Assembly (NCBI GenBank): GCA_028282585.1
Contig: JANQHR010000080.1
Span: 1 to 64,000 of the forward strand
From: Bacteroidales bacterium
Lineage (GTDB): Bacteria > Bacteroidota > Bacteroidia > Bacteroidales > UBA12077
Reading direction: 5' to 3'
Length of the DNA stretch: 64,000 bases
The position numbers were made by a program, and so were the translations under genes. Shown here piece after piece: positions 10,490 to 20,965 of this stretch (position 1 is the stretch's first letter; each line of letters starts with the position of its first letter). The notes under the pieces are model-generated. The model saw nothing but the letters and a program-made list of their open reading frames with translations, did no database searches and was not told the origin of the DNA.

Positions 10490-10510
10490 AAACCTTATAT
10501 TTGATACATT

Positions 10511-11884
10511 ATGAGCATTTCTAAGGGAAATATTTTAGTAATTGATGACAATAAAGAAATTCGTGAATCTTTAGAGCTATTTCTTGGTCGTCATTTCGAA
10601 GATGTAAAATCTATTACCTCCCCAAAAACTTTAGTAACAACATTAAATAATCACTCTTTTGATGTAATTCTATTGGATATGAACTTTTCTCCCGGAAAAC
10701 ATTCAGGGAATGAAGGAATTTATTGGTTAAAAGAAATACTAAAAATTGATAAAAGCGCCATTGTTATTTTAATAACAGCATATGGAAAAGTAAAATTAGC
10801 GGTTAATGGAATTAAAGAAGGCGCTTTCGATTTTATGCTAAAACCATGGGAAAATGAAAAATTACTTTCTACCATTCATGCTGGCATAAAACTTAAAAAA
10901 TCGAATCAGGAAATAAAACAGCTTAAGGATCAGCAAAATGCACTTTCAGGTAATTTTACCAATCAGTTTAAACTGACTGAAGGCCTATCTACCAAAATGA
11001 AAGAAATAATTGAACTTATTTCCAAAGTAGCAGGCACTGATGCAAATATTTTAATTACTGGCGAAAATGGAACCGGTAAAGAGCTAATTGCAAGAGAAAT
11101 ACACCGAAAATCAAATAGAAGTAACAGAATATTTATGCCTGTTGATCTATCTGCTTTAACAGAAACTTTATTTGAAAGTGAATTATTTGGTTATAAAAAG
11201 GGAGCTTTTACTGATGCAAAAGAAGACAGACCTGGAAAAATCGAAATTTCTGATAAGGGAACTTTGTTTTTAGATGAAATTGGAGATCTTCCTTTACACT
11301 TGCAGTCAAAACTATTAACAGTTATACAAACTAAATCGCTGAGCAGAATAGGTTCAACAAAAACAAGAAATATAGATTTTAGATTAATTTGTGCTACCAA
11401 TAAACCTTTACATGATCTAATTAATGAAGGTACTTTTCGAGAAGATTTACTATTTAGAATAAATACGGTTCATATTAATTTACCATCATTGCGTCAACGC
11501 AAAGAGGATATTTTACCATTAGCCGAATACTTCGTTCTACTTTATTCGAAAAAATATAAAAAGCAAGGGATTAAAATAACCAAATCTGCTGTTTCAAAAC
11601 TAGAAGGCTATGCATGGCCAGGTAATATTAGAGAACTAAAGCACTCTATTGAGAGAGCTCTGATATTGTCGAATGAAAATAAGCTAAAAGCAGAAGATTT
11701 TTCATTTTTTGAATTTAATGTTACCAGTACGGATGAAGATATTTTAAACTTGGCAGAACTTGAAAAGCAGGCGATTAAAAAAGCAATTGTAAAATCTGAA
11801 GGAAACATGTCCAAAGCTTCGGAAATGTTAGGAATTTCGAGAACCACTCTTTACTTTAAAATCTCTAAATATGGGCTTCAATAA
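10511..11884 (+). CDS. Sigma-54-dependent response regulator (NtrC/AtoC family)
   Basis: REC domain (LLDMNF), GENGTGKE, GAFTDA, WPGNIREL and Fis-type HTH. Confidence 0.95.
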   Translation: MSISKGNILVIDDNKEIRESLELFLGRHFEDVKSITSPKTLVTTLNNHSFDVILLDMNFSPGKHSGNEGIYWLKEILKIDKSAIVILITAYGKVKLAVNGIKEGAFDFMLKPWENEKLLSTIHAGIKLKKSNQEIKQLKDQQNALSGNFTNQFKLTEGLSTKMKEIIELISKVAGTDANILITGENGTGKELIAREIHRKSNRSNRIFMPVDLSALTETLFESELFGYKKGAFTDAKEDRPGKIEISDKGTLFLDEIGDLPLHLQSKLLTVIQTKSLSRIGSTKTRNIDFRLICATNKPLHDLINEGTFREDLLFRINTVHINLPSLRQRKEDILPLAEYFVLLYSKKYKKQGIKITKSAVSKLEGYAWPGNIRELKHSIERALILSNENKLKAEDFSFFEFNVTSTDEDILNLAELEKQAIKKAIVKSEGNMSKASEMLGISRTTLYFKISKYGLQ

Positions 11885-13196
11885 ATACCTGCTAAATATA
11901 ATTGTCAGATCAATCTTAATTGCTATTACAGCATTATTAATGATGTTATTTGCAGTAAAATTAAAATGGTTTTTTACTTTTATTTTTCTATGCTTACTAT
12001 TTATATTTCAAATTTTTTTGCTGATTAGATATGTAAGTAAAATTAATCGCGATCTGGCTAATTTTCTCATTCATCTAAAAGAACAAAATACAAGCCTAAA
12101 TCTTTCCGGTAATCATATTGATAGTATTTTCGGTAATTTAAGCAGCGAATTAAACCGTATCAATGAGGAGTTTAAAAAGATAGAAAATGAGAAAATAAGA
12201 AAACAGAATTTTTTGGACATTCTACTAAACAGAGTCGGTACAGGTATCTTAGTTATTAGTGAACTGAACAAAGTTATACTGCATAATAATGCCCTTGAAA
12301 ATATACTTGGTATTGAAGATAATTCCAGTGAAAACTTGAAGATTCAATTGAAAAAAGTTTTGAATGATTATAGTAAACTAAACCCGGGCGAGCAAAACAT
12401 TACGAATATCAGAATTAATAACATAACCCGCAGAGTTTTGATAACATTATCGGAAATTAGAGAAAACAATAGTGTTCATAAGATCTATACTTTTCATGAT
12501 ATCGATAGAGAAATGACAGATTATGAGTTACAATCGTGGAATGGGCTTATTAAAGTTCTATCGCATGAAATTATGAATACACTTACACCAATTTCTACTA
12601 CAGTTGATACTTTAAAAGATTGTTTAACAGTCAAAGGTGCTAATAAGACTTTAGATCAAATTGAGGAACATGATGTTCGGGATGCTGTTAAAGGAGTAAC
12701 CCTGATGGAAAACAGGGTAACCGGACTTCAGGATTTTATTAAAAGATTCAGAAGATTCTTGGATATTCCTGTTCCTGAACTTAATCATTTTGACTTAATT
12801 GAATGCGTTAAAAATATCTCTGACTCGTATAAAGATAAAGTTAATATCCAATTTGATCATGTAGATAAATTTCAAACTCTCTTCGCCGACAAATCTCTAA
12901 TTGATTTAGTGCTAATAAACATTTTTAAAAATAGTATTGAAGCTGGAGCTGACAATATAGAATTAAATTTATATAAGGCTGGTAATAATCTTATTTTAAA
13001 AATAAAAGATAATGGTAAAGGAATTCCTCCCTCAACCTTACAAAAAGCTTTTTTACCATTCTATACAACTAAAAACGGAGGTAGTGGAATTGGGTTATCC
13101 TTATCGCGTCAAATAATGTATGCCCATAAAGGAAATATAGAATTATATTCGGATGATACCGGAACTTTTGTAAAACTGATTTTCCCTTTAAAATAG
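11871..13196 (+). CDS. Sensor histidine kinase (NtrY-like)
   Basis: Two N-terminal TM helices; SHEIMN H-box; DNGKG and GGSGIGL. Confidence 0.9.
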   Translation: MGFNKYLLNIIVRSILIAITALLMMLFAVKLKWFFTFIFLCLLFIFQIFLLIRYVSKINRDLANFLIHLKEQNTSLNLSGNHIDSIFGNLSSELNRINEEFKKIENEKIRKQNFLDILLNRVGTGILVISELNKVILHNNALENILGIEDNSSENLKIQLKKVLNDYSKLNPGEQNITNIRINNITRRVLITLSEIRENNSVHKIYTFHDIDREMTDYELQSWNGLIKVLSHEIMNTLTPISTTVDTLKDCLTVKGANKTLDQIEEHDVRDAVKGVTLMENRVTGLQDFIKRFRRFLDIPVPELNHFDLIECVKNISDSYKDKVNIQFDHVDKFQTLFADKSLIDLVLINIFKNSIEAGADNIELNLYKAGNNLILKIKDNGKGIPPSTLQKAFLPFYTTKNGGSGIGLSLSRQIMYAHKGNIELYSDDTGTFVKLIFPLK

Positions 13197-13245
13197 CTAA
13201 TTTTCATTTATGTGATTAACTTTGTAAATCAATTTACATATCAGT

Positions 13246-13953
13246 ATGAATGCTAAAGTTTTTTTAATTCCTACCACCCTTGGTGATAGCCCAGTGGAAA
13301 ATGTAATCCCCAAACATGTTGTTGATATTATTAATTCTACAAATCACTATATAGTAGAAAATATAAAAACAGCCCGTCGATATCTGATCAAAGCAGGTAT
13401 TAAAACTAAAATTGATGATCTTACTTTTTATGAATTAAATAAACATTCAACACCTGAAGAATATGATTCTTATTTAAATGCTGTAAAAGAAAATCAAAAT
13501 ATCGGAATCGTTTCCGAGGCTGGCACTCCCGGAGTTGCTGATCCGGGTGCTGATATTGTTGAAATTGCACATCGTAAAAATATACCGGTAGTTCCATTGG
13601 TTGGCCCATCTTCAATCTTACTTTCCGTCATGGCTTCAGGGCTTAACGGACAAAATTTTGCTTTTGTAGGTTATTTACCCATTAAAAAACATGATAGGAT
13701 TAAACGAATTAAAGAATTGGAAAGGCGTTCCCAAACAGAAAATCAAACGCAATTATTTATTGAAGCACCTTACCGCAACCAGCATATGTTAGAAGATTTA
13801 TTATCTGCTTGCGCACAGGAAACAAAAATCTGCATTGCCACTGATATTACTCTGGGAAGTGAATTTATCAAAACTAAAACTGTTAAAGAATGGAAAAAGG
13901 GAGCTCCGAATTTACACAAACGTCCTACTATATTTTTAATTCACAAATATTAG
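13246..13953 (+). CDS. SAM-dependent methyltransferase, tetrapyrrole methylase/RsmI-like
   Basis: SEAGTPGVADPG, VGPSSI and GQNFAFVGYLP motifs. Confidence 0.85.
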   Translation: MNAKVFLIPTTLGDSPVENVIPKHVVDIINSTNHYIVENIKTARRYLIKAGIKTKIDDLTFYELNKHSTPEEYDSYLNAVKENQNIGIVSEAGTPGVADPGADIVEIAHRKNIPVVPLVGPSSILLSVMASGLNGQNFAFVGYLPIKKHDRIKRIKELERRSQTENQTQLFIEAPYRNQHMLEDLLSACAQETKICIATDITLGSEFIKTKTVKEWKKGAPNLHKRPTIFLIHKY

Positions 13954-13999
13954 AATTATACATTTAATCTGTCTGGTATAAAAAAGGGTTAATCTGAGT

Positions 14000-14374
14000 C
14001 TAAAATATATCCACGCCTTCTATAAAATGGAATTTAACCCTATTTAATTCGTCTTCATAAATTGCACCTAAATCCTCCATTTCAAGATCATCAAATTCAT
14101 AATACCAGTTAATATTTATTTCACTCGCATTCTCATTTTCATCAAGTGCTATTAAAAGATTCAATATTTTTTTGGTGGATGAAGTGTTAAGATATTCGAG
14201 TTTTAAATCAACTTTTACTTTATCAACATTTAATTGTTTAACCCAATCGATTAATGGATCATAAAATTTATGAACGTCTTCGGGTAAAGATCTTCCGGTA
14301 ATTTTTAGTTCTCCTTTTTGTAAAAATGAAATTTCAGGTGTTGAGTCTGTTTTCTGAATTACAAGGCTATTCAT
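14000..14374 (-). CDS. DUF1987 (SiaC-like) protein
   Basis: TPEI...GRSLPED...FY, LEYLNTSSTK and NWYY motifs. Confidence 0.85.
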   Translation of the reverse strand: MNSLVIQKTDSTPEISFLQKGELKITGRSLPEDVHKFYDPLIDWVKQLNVDKVKVDLKLEYLNTSSTKKILNLLIALDENENASEININWYYEFDDLEMEDLGAIYEDELNRVKFHFIEGVDIF

Positions 14375-14457
14375 TTCAATTCTTTGGTTTCTGTTAAAAA
14401 TTGAGCCTAAAGTTAACTAAAAAAGAAGTTCAAAAAAATTTTTTATTAACTAATTAC

Positions 14458-15087
14458 CTAGTTGTTAAAACTTTTAAGTACCTCAAGAGCATTGGGGCCT
14501 TCATTAAACAGTAAATCAATAATACTTAGATTGGGAATAAATCCGAATTTTTCTTGAAACACTTGAGCATATTTTTTAACCTGGAATCGATCATCATTGA
14601 GGTTTAATTTCGGATGGATTTTATATCTATAATCATCAACTTTAGTTCTATATTCAGTTATATAATCTTCAGTTTTATTTATCTTAACCTCATAGTCCAT
14701 ATGTTCCAGAATAAGGATTTGTAAATCTGTATTTAAATCTATGAGGTACTTGTATTTCTTTTCATAAAATGGCATAAAATCATCCTGATAATATTCAAAA
14801 AACGGCGATGATCTATAGGCCGATTCTATTGATTTCCAGTGCAATTTCCGCCAGTTTGTATCGTAATCGATTAAAATATCCTTTGTTTTAACCTTTATAT
14901 TAATCTTCTTTACAGGAATTGATAATGACAATTCTCCATTAGCTCCATAAATCTTACATCTGTTACGATAAGTTTGTTTTGGATAATTCTCATGCAGTTC
15001 AATATAAATTTCATCGTACAATAAAAACTTAGAGTAATATTGAATAGGTGCTAAATATGCCGTAGATAATAAAACTTGATTGTTCAT
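14458..15087 (-). CDS. wbqC: WbqC-family protein
   Basis: KQTYRNRC, SAYRSSPFFEYY, NLSIIDLLFNEGP; conserved position after lepB. Confidence 0.9.
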   Translation of the reverse strand: MNNQVLLSTAYLAPIQYYSKFLLYDEIYIELHENYPKQTYRNRCKIYGANGELSLSIPVKKINIKVKTKDILIDYDTNWRKLHWKSIESAYRSSPFFEYYQDDFMPFYEKKYKYLIDLNTDLQILILEHMDYEVKINKTEDYITEYRTKVDDYRYKIHPKLNLNDDRFQVKKYAQVFQEKFGFIPNLSIIDLLFNEGPNALEVLKSFNN

Positions 15088-15141
15088 AACTAAAAAATAC
15101 CGGATAGAAGTCTACCCGGTACAAAGATATATGCAAAAGAA

Positions 15142-16551
15142 TTAATGTATTAATGAAAACATTCTTTTCCAGCGAATTTTGCTTACAAATGATTTATCCT
15201 TATCTAAAGACAACCAAATAAAAACAGCCTTACCAACAATATGATCTTCAGGCACAAACCCCCAGTATCTAGAATCGGCCGAATTATGACGATTATCACC
15301 CATCATAAAATAATAATCCATTTTGAACGTATATGAATTTACTATTTCTCCATTGATAAAAATGTTTTTACCTTCCACCTTTATTTCATTACCCTCATAT
15401 GTCTCAATAACTCTTTTATAAAGCGGCAGGTTATCAATAGTTAAATCAACCGTTGCTCCTTTTTTTGGAACATATAAAGGTCCGAAGTTATCCTCTGTCC
15501 AAGGATAATTTGAACTAAAGGGAAAGATCGAAATGTTTGCAATATTAATATTGGTATTTTCATACTTTGTAACCGCAGATACATTAGAAAACTCTTTTAA
15601 ATTATCAACATTTTCAATAGTTAATGGTAATTCATACATGGCACTCGAAGCAATAAATCTTCTGTCATCTACAGCAATATTTAATCTTTCAAAATGTTTA
15701 GAATTAATTTGTTTCCCATTTGTTTTAACATAATAATCGTATTGCATTTTTTCAAAATGCTCCTGTTTTTCATTATTAATATAAACCTGTCCGCGATTAA
15801 TTTTTATGCTATCGCCCGGTAACGCAACACACCTTTTTATATAGTTCTCTCTTTTATCTACAGGACGAACTGTTATGTTAAACTGATCCCAAATATATTT
15901 TCTTGCAATTACTTTATAATCTTCAAATGATTTAATAGGGTTGCCATACTGAATATCACGACGTTTTAATTCATCAGCATAATTACGCATAATAGCATAA
16001 TAATCTTGCTCCTGCATTTCTAATACGACCGTATCGCCAGCTGGGAAATTAAATACTACAATATCATTCCTTTTAACATCACCAAATCCTGCAATTCTTT
16101 TGTATGGTCGCTTAATCCATTCAACATAGGATTTCTTATACTTTGTTAAGGGTAATGTATGATGTGCAAAAGGGAATGAAATCGGTGTGTTTGGCAACTT
16201 TGGGCCATAACTTACTTTGCTAACAAACAGATAATCACCAACAAGCAAAGTTTTTTCCATTGAAGAGGTTGGTATAGTGTAAGCTTCAATTAAAAACATT
16301 CTTATTAATGTTGCAGCAATTACTGCAAAAATCAAAGCGTCAACCCATTCGACCAGGGTATTTTTCTGTTTTGTTTCACCGCGCTTTTTCCAAAATGTCC
16401 AGTTAACTAATTTGGTTAGGTGCATATCAATAATTACAGGTATACCAAATAAAAACCAGAAGTTCTTGATCCATATTACCCATAAAATATAGATTGTTAT
16501 GGCCAATCCAAATCTAAAATACTTGTTTTTTAAAAATTCTTTTATTGTCAT
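15142..16551 (-). CDS. lepB: Signal peptidase I
   Basis: [15 protein letters not shown] and [16 protein letters not shown]; start at 16551 preferred because it avoids overlap with dapB. Confidence 0.95.
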   Translation of the reverse strand: MTIKEFLKNKYFRFGLAITIYILWVIWIKNFWFLFGIPVIIDMHLTKLVNWTFWKKRGETKQKNTLVEWVDALIFAVIAATLIRMFLIEAYTIPTSSMEKTLLVGDYLFVSKVSYGPKLPNTPISFPFAHHTLPLTKYKKSYVEWIKRPYKRIAGFGDVKRNDIVVFNFPAGDTVVLEMQEQDYYAIMRNYADELKRRDIQYGNPIKSFEDYKVIARKYIWDQFNITVRPVDKRENYIKRCVALPGDSIKINRGQVYINNEKQEHFEKMQYDYYVKTNGKQINSKHFERLNIAVDDRRFIASSAMYELPLTIENVDNLKEFSNVSAVTKYENTNINIANISIFPFSSNYPWTEDNFGPLYVPKKGATVDLTIDNLPLYKRVIETYEGNEIKVEGKNIFINGEIVNSYTFKMDYYFMMGDNRHNSADSRYWGFVPEDHIVGKAVFIWLSLDKDKSFVSKIRWKRMFSLIH

Positions 16552-16567
16552 TGTATTTAGGTTGTTT

Positions 16568-17284
16568 TTATACTCTAAGTAATTCATCCATTGTAAAATA
16601 TCCTTTTTTATCTTTAATGAACTCCGCTGCCAAAACCGCTCCTAATGCAAATCCTTCACGACTTTTTGCATTATGTTCTATCATTATTTTATCAAAGGAT
16701 GATTCATATATTATTTTATGATTTCCAGGTACATTTCCTTCTCTATAAGATTTAACCGGAATTGAATCCTCAGAATCAGAAATTTCCTTTTCCCACTTTT
16801 TCTTTGAATCTAAATTATCTATTAGCCCATCAGCAAGCGTAATAGCAGTTCCACTGGGGGCATCCACCTTTTGTGTGTGGTGAGTTTCTTCGATTAGAAC
16901 TTGATAATTTGGGTAATGATTTATCATTTGTGCCAAATGTTCACTCAATTTAAAAAACAGATTTACACCGATACTAAAATTTGAGGCATAAAAGAATGTA
17001 ACACTTTCCTTTTCACATCTTTTCTTTACCAATTCCAGCTTATCAATCCATCCTGTAGTTCCGCTTACTGTTGGAACTTTATAATCAAGTAACATCATAA
17101 TATTACTGAATGCACTTTGAGGAGCAGAAAACTCTATAGCAACATCTACATCTTTAAAGTTATCAAGCGAAATTTCATTAATATTGTTTTCTTCAATTTT
17201 TAAAACTACCTGATGACCTCGATCTAAAGCTATTCGCTCGATCTCTTTTCCCATTTTACCGTATCCTACTATTGCTATTTTCAT
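16568..17284 (-). CDS. dapB: 4-hydroxy-tetrahydrodipicolinate reductase
   Basis: GYGKMG, GTTGW and [15 protein letters not shown]. Confidence 0.95.
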   Translation of the reverse strand: MKIAIVGYGKMGKEIERIALDRGHQVVLKIEENNINEISLDNFKDVDVAIEFSAPQSAFSNIMMLLDYKVPTVSGTTGWIDKLELVKKRCEKESVTFFYASNFSIGVNLFFKLSEHLAQMINHYPNYQVLIEETHHTQKVDAPSGTAITLADGLIDNLDSKKKWEKEISDSEDSIPVKSYREGNVPGNHKIIYESSFDKIMIEHNAKSREGFALGAVLAAEFIKDKKGYFTMDELLRV

Positions 17285-17532
17285 TTCGATTAGTTAGTTC
17301 GCAAGATATTTAAATCCTTACAAATGCTTTTATAATAATTCTTAAAAAATGTTAATCTGATTTTAACCTGATGTATTCATAAATATTAAAAAATGAAATA
17401 TTTATGAACAGTACAGGTTAAACTTGACACGAAATAATCAATAATACAAAATCAATAAAACATTCATTATTTCTTTGTCACAAAACCAATTCATAAAATT
17501 TATGAACTAATTAGGTTTAGAGGTGTAAATAT

Positions 17533-17560
17533 AAAAAAAGGGAAGCATTTTAGCTTCCCT
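17533..17560 (-). terminator. Intrinsic terminator after rplT
   Basis: GGGAAGC/GCTTCCC hairpin plus T-tract on the minus strand. Confidence 0.85.
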
Positions 17561-17585
17561 AAAAAGATATATTCTTAGAAATTAA

Positions 17586-17933
17586 TTATTTCTTAACTGT
17601 TTTAATTACTTCAGCAAATGCTTTTGGGTGATTCATTGCTAAATCCGCTAATACTTTTCTGTTTAATGCAATACCCTTTTTATTTAATTTACCCATAAAA
17701 TCAGAGTAAGACATTCCATGTTCTCTAACTCCGGCATTGATTCTTTGAATCCATAATGCTCTAAAGTTTCTTTTCTTAGTTTTTCTATCTCTGTATGCGT
17801 ATTGTAAACCTTTTTCGTACGCATTTTTAGCAACTGTCCAAACGTTGCTTCTTCTACCAAAATATCCTTTGGTATGTTTTAAGATTTTCTTTCTTCTAGC
17901 TCTTGAGGCTACTGAGTTTACCGATCTTGGCAT
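17586..17933 (-). CDS. rplT: 50S ribosomal protein bL20
   Basis: [16 protein letters not shown]...[10 protein letters not shown]. Confidence 0.98.
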   Translation of the reverse strand: MPRSVNSVASRARRKKILKHTKGYFGRRSNVWTVAKNAYEKGLQYAYRDRKTKKRNFRALWIQRINAGVREHGMSYSDFMGKLNKKGIALNRKVLADLAMNHPKAFAEVIKTVKK

Positions 17934-18034
17934 AATTTCTTGTTTTGTGAACGATTAGCGGCCGACAACTTCTCGACTCTTATTTCGGCTAATTCATCCT
18001 GATTAAATACTAATTCATAATTTTAATTAAAAGA

Positions 18035-18232
18035 TTACTTCATTGCTAAACATTTTTTAATGTTTTGTTCGTCAGCTTTATGAACCTGACCTGTAGCAGT
18101 TAAATTTCTTTTCTGCTTAGTAGTCTTTTTAGTCAAAATGTGACTTTTAAACGCATGTTTTCTTTTAATCTTCCCTGTACCGGTTAAACTAAATCTTTTT
18201 TTAGCTCCGGCTTTAGTCTTCATCTTTGGCAT
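18035..18232 (-). CDS. rpmI: 50S ribosomal protein bL35
   Basis: [14 protein letters not shown]...HILTKK. Confidence 0.98.
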   Translation of the reverse strand: MPKMKTKAGAKKRFSLTGTGKIKRKHAFKSHILTKKTTKQKRNLTATGQVHKADEQNIKKCLAMK

Positions 18233-18260
18233 TTTACTATCTAATTTATAATTAAAATAA

Positions 18261-18818
18261 TTATTTCTTCTTCAATGTTTTAGGAGAAATGAACATAATC
18301 ATTCTTTTTCCTTCAAGTTTCGGCATTTGTTCAACTTTTCCGTGTTCTTCTAAATCCTGGGCTAATCTTAACAAAAGAATCTCTCCTTGCTCTTTGAACA
18401 AAATTGATCTTCCTTTGAAAAACACAAATGCTTTTACTTTAGCACCATCTTCTAAAAACTTAACAGCATGTTTAAGCTTAAACTGATAATCATGCTCATC
18501 GGTCTGTGGCCCAAACCTTATTTCTTTTAACACAACTTTTTGTGTTTTTGCTTTTAGCTCTTTTTGCTTCTTCTTTTGTTGATAAAGAAACTTCTGATAA
18601 TCAATTATTTTACATACCGGTGGATCGGCATTAGGTGATATTTCTACTAAATCTAACTCCAGCTCATCTGCTAGTTTTAATGCATCCTGAATTGAATAGA
18701 TGTCTGATTTTTCAATATTGTCACCAACAAGGCGAACAGCTCTTGCACGTATATTATTATTGATCCTGTGTGCCGGCTCTTCTTTTTTAAAAGGCCTTCT
18801 TTGTCTTGGTCCTGCTAT
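18261..18818 (-). CDS. infC: Translation initiation factor IF-3 (ATA start; the ORF track shows only the C-terminal half)
   Basis: Frame is open from ATA at 18818 ([32 protein letters not shown]...[19 protein letters not shown]...) and preceded by AGGAGG. Confidence 0.93.
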   Translation of the reverse strand: MAGPRQRRPFKKEEPAHRINNNIRARAVRLVGDNIEKSDIYSIQDALKLADELELDLVEISPNADPPVCKIIDYQKFLYQQKKKQKELKAKTQKVVLKEIRFGPQTDEHDYQFKLKHAVKFLEDGAKVKAFVFFKGRSILFKEQGEILLLRLAQDLEEHGKVEQMPKLEGKRMIMFISPKTLKKK

Positions 18819-18847
18819 GACTAAATCCTCCTAATTTTAATTAATAA

Positions 18848-20800
18848 TTAATTTATTTTGTAATTCTCAGTTTGAGCTTTAACTTCTTTATTTATAAACT
18901 CTGCAAATTCGTCCAGTTTCATGCTTCCTTTATCTCCTTCTCCCTGGATACGAACCGAAACTGTCTCATTTTCAAACTCTTTTTCACCTACAATTAGAAG
19001 ATAAGGAATACGTTTTAACTCATTGTCGCGTATCTTTTTGCCTATCTTCTCGTTACGGTCGTCAATCAAAGTGCGAATATCGTAATTATTTAGGAAATTC
19101 AAAACTTTTTTTGCATAATCGTTATATTTTTCGCTAATGGGAAGTATAACGGCTTGCTCCGGTGTTAACCACAATGGGAATTTTCCGGCAGTATGTTCAA
19201 TTAATACTGCGACGAAGCGTTCCATTGATCCAAACGGAGCTCGATGGATCATTACAGGTCTGTGCTTCTGATTATCCGAACCTACATACGTCAGATCAAA
19301 ACGTTCTGGCAAATTGTAATCCACCTGAATTGTTCCTAATTGCCATTGACGGCCTAATGCATCCTTAACCATAAAGTCTAACTTAGGGCCATAGAATGCA
19401 GCTTCGTCGTATTCAACTATATAGTTCAAATCTTTTTCTTTAACAGCCTCCAAAATTGCAGTTTCTGCTTTTTCCCAATTCTCTTCAGTTCCAATATATT
19501 TTGAATGATCAGTCTTATGTCTTAACGATACCTGGGCTACAAAATCTTTAAAATCTAACGCATTAAAAATGATAAAAATAATATCCATTACTTTTTTAAA
19601 CTCATCTTTTAACTGGTCAGGACGGCAGAAAATATGAGCGTCGTCTTGTGTAAATCCACGTACGCGAGTTAATCCATGTAACTCGCCACTTTGCTCATAT
19701 CTATAAACTGTACCAAACTCTGCGTAGCGGATTGGCAAATCCTTATAAGAATGTTGTTTAGCTTTATATATCTCACAATGATGCGGACAGTTCATTGGTT
19801 TCAACAAAAACTCTTCTCCTTCAGCGGGAGTGTTAATGGGCTGGAAAGAATCTTTTCCGTACTTCTCATAATGTCCGGAAGTTATCCACAAATCTTTTAA
19901 TCCAATATGGGGTGCAATTACCTGCTGGTAACCATAACGTTTTTGAATTTTTTTCAAAAAGTTTTCCAAACGCTCTCTAAGCTGAGCTCCTTTTGGTAAC
20001 CATAATGGTAAACCTTGACCAACTCTTTGAGAAAAGGCAAACAACTCTAATTCTTTACCTATTTTACGATGATCTCGTTTCTTTGCTTCTTCCAGTAATA
20101 TTAAATATTCCTCCAGCATTTTTTGCTTAGGAAATGTAATACCATATAAGCGAGTTAATTGTTTTCTTGTTTCATCTCCTCTCCAATATGCTCCGGCCAC
20201 ACTAAGTATTTTTATTGCCTTAATTAAACCTGTATTTGGTAAATGTGGTCCTTTACACAAATCAGTAAAACTACCATGCTTGTAAAAAGTAATGGTTCCG
20301 TCTTCAAGTTCGTTAATTAACTCAACTTTATACTCATCTTCTTTTTGAGTATAGAAATCCAACGCTTCGGCTTTAGCCACTTCACTTCTTGCATAATCGT
20401 TCTTTTGTTGAGCTAACTCTTTCATTTTAGCTTCGATCTTACCAAAATCAGCATCTGTAATTACTTCTCCTTCAGGTAAATCTACATCATAATAAAAACC
20501 ATTTTCAATACTTGGTCCAATTCCAAATTTAATACCCGGATACATCGCTTCTAAGGCTTCAGCCATTAAGTGGGCCGATGAATGCCAAAATGCATGCTTA
20601 CCTTCCTCGTCATCCCATTTATGTAATTTAACATTAGAATCTGATTCAATTAGTCTTTGAAGGTCCCAAATCTCATCATTTACTGTAACTGATAAAACTT
20701 CCTTTGCTAATCTTGGGCTTATATCGTTTGCTATATCTAAACCTGATACCGCATTATTAAATTTTCGTACTGATCCGTCTGGTAACGTAATTTTAACCAT
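18848..20800 (-). CDS. thrS: Threonine--tRNA ligase
   Basis: TGS domain, [27 protein letters not shown]. Confidence 0.98.
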   Translation of the reverse strand: MVKITLPDGSVRKFNNAVSGLDIANDISPRLAKEVLSVTVNDEIWDLQRLIESDSNVKLHKWDDEEGKHAFWHSSAHLMAEALEAMYPGIKFGIGPSIENGFYYDVDLPEGEVITDADFGKIEAKMKELAQQKNDYARSEVAKAEALDFYTQKEDEYKVELINELEDGTITFYKHGSFTDLCKGPHLPNTGLIKAIKILSVAGAYWRGDETRKQLTRLYGITFPKQKMLEEYLILLEEAKKRDHRKIGKELELFAFSQRVGQGLPLWLPKGAQLRERLENFLKKIQKRYGYQQVIAPHIGLKDLWITSGHYEKYGKDSFQPINTPAEGEEFLLKPMNCPHHCEIYKAKQHSYKDLPIRYAEFGTVYRYEQSGELHGLTRVRGFTQDDAHIFCRPDQLKDEFKKVMDIIFIIFNALDFKDFVAQVSLRHKTDHSKYIGTEENWEKAETAILEAVKEKDLNYIVEYDEAAFYGPKLDFMVKDALGRQWQLGTIQVDYNLPERFDLTYVGSDNQKHRPVMIHRAPFGSMERFVAVLIEHTAGKFPLWLTPEQAVILPISEKYNDYAKKVLNFLNNYDIRTLIDDRNEKIGKKIRDNELKRIPYLLIVGEKEFENETVSVRIQGEGDKGSMKLDEFAEFINKEVKAQTENYKIN

Positions 20801-20965
20801 TTTTACTTTTTTTCAATTTCAAGTCTGCAAAGATATGAATTCTTTGCAGAAAATAGAGTGCAAATCTTTAATAAATATTGCTATTTTTAAAGCCTATTTT
20901 TATTATTAACAATGTATTTAAACCTTCGGTTTAATTACATTGTCCAAACTAAAAAACTTTAAGCT

